From the NCBI GenBank assembly GCA_018433775.1, contig JAHDQN010000034.1:20479-84478 (forward strand): a stretch of 64,000 bases of DNA, given 5' to 3'. The notes under the pieces are model-generated. The model was not told the DNA's origin. It was given only the letters and a program-made list of their open reading frames with translations, and did not search any database. Source of the DNA: Deltaproteobacteria bacterium (GTDB lineage Bacteria; Desulfobacterota; Desulfomonilia; UBA1062). Both the position numbers and the translations under genes were made by a program. This document shows positions 57,895-64,000 of this stretch, piece by piece (positions within the stretch are counted from its first letter, which is position 1; the number at the start of each line of letters is the position of its first letter).

Positions 57895-58331
57895 TACTCC
57901 CTCTCTCCTGCTCGTCACCCTCTGTCTCCAAGACCCGAAAAGCTTTTCTACGCCTGCAGTTGGTCCGGAAGCTTGTTGCGAGCTGCTGATCCAAAGGCAT
58001 GCCGCACTACGCCGAGTTCTTGCAAGCTGGTACGCCCACGGGAAAAGGACGCGCGGCAACAAGCCCGCGGCCGCAAGATGCCTTCTCTGCACAGCGCCCT
58101 GTTTGCCCACGGTGTTCCCGGTGGTGCAACTCTTTCTCCGGGAACGCGTACCCCTCGACAACGCGCTGCCCTGTTTCAAGAACCCGTTGGAGCCCTCTCG
58201 TGCACGTGGACACAATGTATACCGAGAATGGACCATTCAGCTTACACCAGCTTTGTCCAAAGATTACCATCCTGTTAACTTGACCCCTTGGAGAAAAACC
58301 CGGGGCAATCTCCCGATGGTGAAGATCATGA

Positions 58332-58543
58332 AGTCCCTGGTCCGCGAAAACCCGAGCAGGCTCGCGGCCATGCAGAACGCGGAGAAGAACATAGAGGACC
58401 ACCTGGAGGAGATCTTCGCCGCATTCCACCGCCAGCGCCAGATGACCATCACCGAGGAGCTCCTGGACATCGTCTCGGGCTACGAGGCCCTGGAGGCGGA
58501 TACGCGGGTCATGAAAAAGGCGCCGCGCGGGGGCAGACAATAG
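58332..58543 (+). pseudogene. atpG: Orphan atpG 3' fragment = direct repeat copy B
   Basis: Encodes ...[69 protein letters not shown], versus the atpG tail ...[14 protein letters not shown]...RGGRR*. There is no atpG body upstream. Confidence 0.9.
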
Positions 58544-58907
58544 ACAACGACAAGATACGGGTTACCTGTTGAAGTGCCGTACAGTGCAGGGGCTTTTAAA
58601 AAATATGGATTCTGTGTCTCGCGATCTCAGATTGAGATAGCCAGTTGATATATGCACCGGGGGTTCACCATTGCTATCCTCACGGTATCATTGGTTTTTG
58701 AACAGTTAAATAATGAGACTGATCGTGTCAGTGTTTATAGTCTGGGATTTTCCTCAGTAGGTATAACTTTCATCTGGAGATCATAGGTTTGATAGCTCTG
58801 AAAAGTTGTTGCCCTTTACACATCACAGATTTCATAAATTTCAAGATCCACATATCTCCCTGTCCGAAAAACCGGTACCACTTCTTCTCTCTCTTAAAGA
58901 TACATGC

Positions 58908-59717
58908 TTACTCGCCCATCATTGATTTCCAGGCAAAGCGAGTCAGGAAGCTTTCGGGCACATTCCCTTCCATTTCTTCAAACAGGCTCCATGGTACGGT
59001 AAAGGAAAGAATGTCCCTACCCAGAATCTTACGCAGATAGAAACGTGCGGATATGTCGGTCATACCGATAACCGCACGTGGATTTGCCTGCTCAGACTCA
59101 TAGAAGGGATAGAGTGCCATACTCGCACAGCCGGCGCCAAAGGGAATGCGCACATTATCTGTTCCCGGACGAGCAAAATTGGCAAGGACCGTCAAAGCGG
59201 ACAGTTGGTCAGGGTCGGCAAGGAACGTGACAACCTTTGGCTTATCCCCTGATACGAGATTTTCCAGGGGCTTGATAACCACGTATGGGCCTTCGGGTTC
59301 GATGTGAGGTATTTCCTCGAGGAACCGAGCCACCAGCTCAGGCGATTTCTTAAAACCCTCTCCCTCCGAAAACTCTTCCACCATGATCTTCGGCGCCCCG
59401 CCCTCGATCAGTTGCTGAATAACGGCTCGACCAGGTTCCCAGTCCTGGTTGCCGACAGAAAGAAAACGCAAAAAGCACTCACGACCTCCAGGGAAGTTAT
59501 CAGGGCATGAGGGCTCCAGGCCGAAGCCCTCTCCAGCACCGGGGCAACCGCAACTGCCCTTGGATATCACCATGGTTTCGCCTTTGGCTGCCTGCGCAAC
59601 CAGAAGCATGGAGCATAAGGGATGAAGGTCTTTTGCTTCAGCCGGCGGTTTCTGGGCATAATAAATTACCAGAGGTGGAAATCTCAGGGAAAGTGCCTGT
59701 GCAATAGTCGACCGCAT
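58908..59717 (-). CDS. DUF169 domain protein
   Basis: 269 aa. PPLVIYYA, CSMLLVAQAAKGETMVISKGSCGCPGAGEGFGL, typical of DUF169. Strong RBS GGAGAGGAGAAGG. Lower GC. Confidence 0.7.
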   Translation of the reverse strand: MRSTIAQALSLRFPPLVIYYAQKPPAEAKDLHPLCSMLLVAQAAKGETMVISKGSCGCPGAGEGFGLEPSCPDNFPGGRECFLRFLSVGNQDWEPGRAVIQQLIEGGAPKIMVEEFSEGEGFKKSPELVARFLEEIPHIEPEGPYVVIKPLENLVSGDKPKVVTFLADPDQLSALTVLANFARPGTDNVRIPFGAGCASMALYPFYESEQANPRAVIGMTDISARFYLRKILGRDILSFTVPWSLFEEMEGNVPESFLTRFAWKSMMGE

Positions 59718-59928
59718 TTCCTTCTCCTCTCCGAGGGACTCTGCTCTCGATTATACTAGCCCCTCTATGAGCTGTCAGCAGATTTTTATGGTGAGCGTGA
59801 GACCGGTGTCTTTACAATTCTGTCTTGGATGACAGGGCAGAATGAGTATGAACAATCAGCCAAATCAGATGTAATATTATAGTATTTTGATCTTGCATAA
59901 TGAAGTCCCCTTCTCTGTATTTTGATTT

Positions 59929-60483
59929 GTGGAGACAGCGAAGAAAGAGAAAAAAAGCGTGCAGCAGAAGCCGCCGCGGAAACCGGGCCCGAAAGCTCGA
60001 CAAAAGAAAGCCTGCGAGGCTTCTCATATTGTCGGCATCGGCGCGTCGGCCGGCGGGTTGGAGGCGCTGGAGCTGTTCCTGAAGAATGTGTCTTCCGGCA
60101 AAGGGATCGCGTATGTCATTGTCCAGCACCTTCTGGTAGATGACGAGGAATATGTTATTTCGAGTCTGCAGCGGGTAGTGAAGATGTCGGGCTACCGCGT
60201 GGTTGCAGTCAAGGGCGGCATGGAGGCCCTTCGCCTGTTCGGTCGCGCACCGGATGAGTTCGATCTCGTCATAACCGATCTGACCATGCCTGAGATGACA
60301 GGAGTAGAGCTTGCCCGGAAGCTCCTGAGCATACGTCCGGACATCCCGGTCATTCTGTCGACCGGCTTCAACGATGACATAACCGAACAGGAAGTGAACG
60401 GCCTGGGAATCCGGAAACTGCTCCTCAAACCCACCGGATCCGGAGAAGTGAAGAGAATTGTACGCGGGGCTCTCGAACACTGA
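59929..60483 (+). pseudogene. In-frame deletion remnant: CheB-type methylesterase N-terminus fused to a C-terminal receiver domain
   Basis: GTG start. Residues 33-68, HIVGIGASAGGLEALELFLKNVSSGKGIAYVIVQHL, match the start of the CheB_methylest domain of large CheB-CheR-PAS-HK-REC proteins. A REC domain that begins mid-strand follows directly: LVDDEE...DLVITDLTMPEMTG...LLLKP. Confidence 0.5.
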
Positions 60484-60603
60484 GGATGGATTTTCAGGCG
60501 TTTTCGATTCTTGAGATCCTGACCTCAAATCCGTGAGGATTGTGACTGCTCGTGAATATATGGAGTCGATCGATCCGTGTCGGAGCCCGGTGTCCCGGCG
60601 CGG

Positions 60604-61485
60604 TCACTGCAGGCCGGGAAACGCCTTCCGCAGGGCCAGCACCGATGCCTGTTTGTCCTTCACCTCGAGCATAATGTCCAGGTCCAGATCGCGGACCTCT
60701 GCATAGAAATTGCCGAACGCGTCGATGTCCACCCGCGACGAGTGGCTTCCCAGGACCTTGCCGGGCTCCTGGTTGGAGTAGTGGATCTTCTGCCGCGAGC
60801 CTGCCCATGAAGGGGCGAAGGTTTCAATGACCTCCCGGATGCTCTTTCCGGGAATACTCGGCAATACCCGATGGTGGAACACGTCCAGCACCCCGGGTAT
60901 CCCGGTGGCTTCACAGATCGCGAGAATGTCCCGGGCCGCGAAGACCCGCTCGTCGTTTTCCAGCACCAGGCGCAGGCGTATCGGGCTGTCGAGCGCTGAA
61001 AGCCGATCCACGAGCACCCGGGTCGCGTTCGCCTTGTTCCCGTAGGCCCCGCCTCCGTGGATTACGATCTTGTGGTCAATACCCAACTCCATCAGGGACA
61101 AGACAGCCTCGTGATAGGCGAGTTCGCGCAGGGTGTTCTCGTGGGTTGCCTCGTGGGGGCTGTTGAGCACAGAATACTGCCCGGGGTGCATGGAGACCCG
61201 CATGCCCTGGTTCCTGATGAACCGGCCGATGTTCGCGAACTCGTGCCGGAGAAGCTGTTTCCACTCGCCCCTGTTGACCGGATGAGACCCGAAGGGGATC
61301 AGGTTGGACGTGATCCGAAACAGAAATATCCCATGATCCGTGTTCCACGCGAGAATCTGCTGAAGGGTTGCGAGGTTGTCGGATGCGGTCCCGAGCATCC
61401 TCTGGACGGAATAGCCCGCGAGCCTGAAGGTCCTGCTTGCGCTCGGCAGCTCAGTATTGACACCCACATATCCGATCCGGATCAT
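60604..61485 (-). CDS. uvsE: UV damage endonuclease (UvdE/UvsE)
   Basis: MIRIGYVGVNTELPSASRTFRL..., FRITSNLIPFGSHP, VSMHPGQYSVLNSP, IVIHGGG, VLENDERVF, HYSNQEP. TIM-barrel UVDE pattern. Confidence 0.85.
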   Translation of the reverse strand: MIRIGYVGVNTELPSASRTFRLAGYSVQRMLGTASDNLATLQQILAWNTDHGIFLFRITSNLIPFGSHPVNRGEWKQLLRHEFANIGRFIRNQGMRVSMHPGQYSVLNSPHEATHENTLRELAYHEAVLSLMELGIDHKIVIHGGGAYGNKANATRVLVDRLSALDSPIRLRLVLENDERVFAARDILAICEATGIPGVLDVFHHRVLPSIPGKSIREVIETFAPSWAGSRQKIHYSNQEPGKVLGSHSSRVDIDAFGNFYAEVRDLDLDIMLEVKDKQASVLALRKAFPGLQ

Positions 61486-61543
61486 AGATATGAAATAAGC
61501 TGTTTACCTGAGAAGCCAAGACGTACTAACAATACCTGCCAGA

Positions 61544-62476
61544 ATGAGGAACCAACCAAGGCGTGCATATCTCTTCGGAATCGCTGCCGTGTTGCTCTGG
61601 TCCACGGTCGCATCGGCGTTCAAGCTCTCGCTCAGGCATCTGGACCCCGCCCAGTTGCTCCTCTACTCGTCGCTGTTCTCCATTGCCGCGCTGGGGGGCA
61701 TCCTCGCGATCCAGGGAAGACTGGGCGCCCTATTCACCTGTACGGGAAAGGAGTATGCCCGGTCCCTGGCCCTGGGCATCGTCAACCCCTTTCTCTACTA
61801 CCTGGTGCTGTTCAAGGCATACGACCTCCTGCCCGCGCAGATCGCCCAGCCCATCAACTATACCTGGGCACTCACCCTCGCGTTCCTTTCCATCCCCCTG
61901 CTGGGGCAGAGGATCGGCGTGCAGGAAATCACGGCCGGGCTCATCAGCTATCTGGGCGTGGCCATCATCTCCACGAAAGGCAGCATCACGGGCCTGGCCG
62001 GCGTCAGCCTGCCGGGCGTTGCGCTCGCCCTCGGCAGCACGGTCCTGTGGGCACTATACTGGATCTACAACACCCGGGACCGCCGCGACCCGGTGGCGGG
62101 GCTCCTGCTCAATTTCCTGTTCGGGCTGCCCTTTGTCTTCGTGTTCTGCCTGGTCTTCTCCGACATCCGGGTCACCTCGCTGCCCGGACTCGCCGGCGCG
62201 GCCTACGTGGGCCTGTTCGAGATGGGCATCACCTTCGTGCTGTGGCTCCACGCCTTGAAATACGCCGAGAACACCGCCCGGGTGGGCTACCTGATCTTCC
62301 TGTCTCCCTTTCTCTCACTGGTTTTCATCCGGGTGTTCGTGGGCGAAGAGATCCTCGCATCCACGGTTGCGGGCCTCGTGCTCATCGTGGCCGGGCTGGT
62401 GATCCAGCACACCGGCGCTGCGCGTGAGCGCAGGAACGAGCCGAAAAGCACCCCCGCAGGGGAAGAATCACTCTGA
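61544..62476 (+). CDS. DMT-superfamily (EamA) transporter
   Basis: 310 aa, 10 predicted TM helices in two EamA halves (AAVLLWSTVASAFKLSL...; VLWALYWIYNTR...). Confidence 0.8.
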   Translation: MRNQPRRAYLFGIAAVLLWSTVASAFKLSLRHLDPAQLLLYSSLFSIAALGGILAIQGRLGALFTCTGKEYARSLALGIVNPFLYYLVLFKAYDLLPAQIAQPINYTWALTLAFLSIPLLGQRIGVQEITAGLISYLGVAIISTKGSITGLAGVSLPGVALALGSTVLWALYWIYNTRDRRDPVAGLLLNFLFGLPFVFVFCLVFSDIRVTSLPGLAGAAYVGLFEMGITFVLWLHALKYAENTARVGYLIFLSPFLSLVFIRVFVGEEILASTVAGLVLIVAGLVIQHTGAARERRNEPKSTPAGEESL

Positions 62477-62566
62477 GAAAAACAGGCGCCCTTCAGGCCG
62501 GGCCTGCCTGGTGACGCGGCGCCCTCTCGATGGCGGGACGTGACGTATCGTCCTTGAGCTCCGGCC

Positions 62567-63004
62567 CTATTCCCTGATGTCCCACAGGGCCAGGCCGGTT
62601 TCCCCGTCGAATACCCGCTCGAGTGCCGGGCCCTCGAAGGCCTCGATGATGCACTCGCAGGCAAAGACGATGGTGCCCTCGGCGAGATGCCCCCCATATG
62701 CCCGTCCCGTCTCGTCCGCCAGGGTCACGTGGGCGTGCACGAACACCTGGCCGTCCTTGACCGAGATGTTCCCCGAGAGCTTGGTGATCTCCATTTCCCT
62801 GTTCAGGGCAAGATATGCATATGTCCGGGTTTGCTGATCATAAAACCCGATGCTTGCCTTTTTCACCGCGCCGATGGCCTCGACGCGGCCCAGCCGGATA
62901 TCGTGCTCTCTGCACACCGCGGTGATCTCTTCCAGCAGGTCGGCACCGCACCCGAGCCTTCCCATGATCTTTTTTGTCTGCTTCACCTCTATCATCTGTG
63001 CCAT
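62567..63004 (-). CDS. PPC (DUF296) domain protein
   Basis: 145 aa. GRLGCGADLLEEITAVCREHDIRLGRVEAIGAVKKASIGFYD...FVHAHVTLADETGRAYGGHL. RBS GGAGAGA. Confidence 0.7.
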   Translation of the reverse strand: MAQMIEVKQTKKIMGRLGCGADLLEEITAVCREHDIRLGRVEAIGAVKKASIGFYDQQTRTYAYLALNREMEITKLSGNISVKDGQVFVHAHVTLADETGRAYGGHLAEGTIVFACECIIEAFEGPALERVFDGETGLALWDIRE

Positions 63005-63133
63005 GTTCGTCTCTCCATTCCTGTTGTTTTTCCGTTCTGCAGAAGCCGCGGCGGTTCTTGCCCTCTGCCCGGGAGAGAACCCCCGCTCCGCCTCCCGGAG
63101 AAACCCATCCCGCCGGGCGTGTTTCCCGGCCGG

Positions 63134-64000
63134 CTATACCGCGACGGGTACCCCGTGGCTCCTGTCGTCGGTGAGGATTTCGAACGCCGCCCGGCTCCTG
63201 GTTTCGAGCACCTCGGACGTGCCGTCCGCCTTGTCTTCGAGCCGAAGCGAGCACACCGCGAGCTTGGTGTTGAGGCAGTGCTTGGCCCCTCCCGGTGGAT
63301 TGTAGTAATTGAGCCCCACGAATGCGCTCGGGTGAGCCACTATGGTGCCCTGAACCGCCACGTCGCGGTTCTCGGATGCAAAGTTCCAGAAGAAATAGCC
63401 GAACCGCCCTTTCGCCGTCACCGACCGGAGCAGGCCGTTGAGCGCATGCTCCCTGCCCCGGTGCCGCAGCACCAGAGGGGTTATGGGAGGAGTCCAGAGA
63501 GACCCCACCTTGAGCCGCGCCGTGGCGACCTCCAGGAAACTCTCCGGGTGTGTGTCGAACCCCGCCACCTGTCCCCAGGCATAGAGATCGGTATGCCGGG
63601 AGCCCCAGTTGTGGTTCTGGCTCCCTACCCAGTCAGAGAGCTCCACCACCTCGCCGTTGACCTCCATACTGCCGGAATATCGCGCCAGGGGCATGCCCAC
63701 CAGGCTTTTCGCGGCGGGCAGCGTGGTCCGGTACAGTGCGGCGGGAAGGAGGAGCAGAGGTCCAGACCCCTGCCCGTAGGAGAGGTCCCAGGCGATGCTG
63801 TCGTTCCCTGTCCGGGCATCGCCCTTGAATGCCGTCTCGGTGAGCTCTGCATCGCCGATGCAGACATGGAGCCTGGTGGTGTCGAACAGGCATTCGCTCA
63901 AGTGCAGCTCTTTCTTGACCGCGATGTGCCTCATGGTCTCGCCGTTGAAAAATACGGCCCAGAGCTCTCCGACGGCATCGCCCGGGCGGTGGGCCGGGCT
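63134..64000 (-). CDS. Hypothetical protein, 5' end outside window
   Basis: The track starts this ORF at ATG 63934, but the frame stays open through 64000 (…SPAHRPGDAVGELWAVFFNGETMRH…), so the true start is probably beyond the edge. No family recognised. Confidence 0.55.
   Translation of the reverse strand, partial: SPAHRPGDAVGELWAVFFNGETMRHIAVKKELHLSECLFDTTRLHVCIGDAELTETAFKGDARTGNDSIAWDLSYGQGSGPLLLLPAALYRTTLPAAKSLVGMPLARYSGSMEVNGEVVELSDWVGSQNHNWGSRHTDLYAWGQVAGFDTHPESFLEVATARLKVGSLWTPPITPLVLRHRGREHALNGLLRSVTAKGRFGYFFWNFASENRDVAVQGTIVAHPSAFVGLNYYNPPGGAKHCLNTKLAVCSLRLEDKADGTSEVLETRSRAAFEILTDDRSHGVPVAV

Noticed and set aside
58018-58042. Sigma54-like element on the minus strand upstream of GT39-3 (GGGCGTACCAGCTTGCA).
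   Set aside because: The GG-to-TTGC spacing is one nt too long relative to TGGCACG-N4-TTGCW, and the -24 element is imperfect.
58095-58125. PhoP-box-like TGTTTG-N5-GGTGTT in the leader of the outermost island gene.
   Set aside because: It is on the wrong strand relative to the gene, the second half-site matches only 4 of 6 positions, and there is no second occurrence in other island leaders.
58200-58331. Possible extension of the atpG repeat further upstream of copy B (ATGTATACC...ATGGAC resembles 28957-28975 in atpG).
   Set aside because: The spacing differs (73 versus 104 nt to the repeat start) and the flanking sequence shows no further similarity. I treat it as chance, so the repeat is taken to start at about 58332.

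Overview
GC-rich chromosomal window from a Gram-negative anaerobe. The gene content (siroheme-dependent Ahb haem pathway, DUF4388/PATAN regulators, LptD, N-type ATPase) suggests a sulfate-reducing or syntrophic deltaproteobacterium, but that is inference only. Positions 1-22 kb are mostly housekeeping. They hold an edge-truncated flavoprotein disulfide reductase, an anaerobic sulfatase-maturase-like radical SAM gene, tmRNA, gmhA and a kinase-less roadblock/DUF4388/HAMP/response-regulator cluster. They also hold a tightly overlapping minus-strand operon (manC-like, MBL phosphodiesterase, accD, folC, lptD, HD), hemB plus ahb genes, a cation/proton antiporter and a KamA-family aminomutase. Positions 22.5-29.25 kb carry a complete N-type (second, laterally mobile type) F-ATPase operon in the diagnostic order atpDCQRBEFAG, with no delta gene. 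The most striking feature is a 29.3 kb block (about 29.25-58.3 kb) of 21 genes, all on the minus strand. It is bracketed by about 212-nt direct repeats of the atpG 3' end (29041-29252 and 58332-58543), and I recognise no integrase inside it. The block is an envelope and cation-stress island. It has DUF3141-ptb-ack, a P3A H+-ATPase, an MgtA-like ATPase and a full but rearranged L-Ara4N (arn) pathway with split arnA and no arnEF. It also has three GT-C (ArnT/GT39-like) transferases, a DedA::PAP2 fusion, two paralogous translationally coupled GT2+TVP38/DedA pairs and an OmpR/HK two-component system. Right of the island lie a DUF169 gene, an internally deleted CheB-N::REC remnant, uvdE, a DMT transporter, a PPC/DUF296 protein and an edge-truncated hypothetical gene. 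I found no rRNA, tRNA, CRISPR array, transposase or phage genes.
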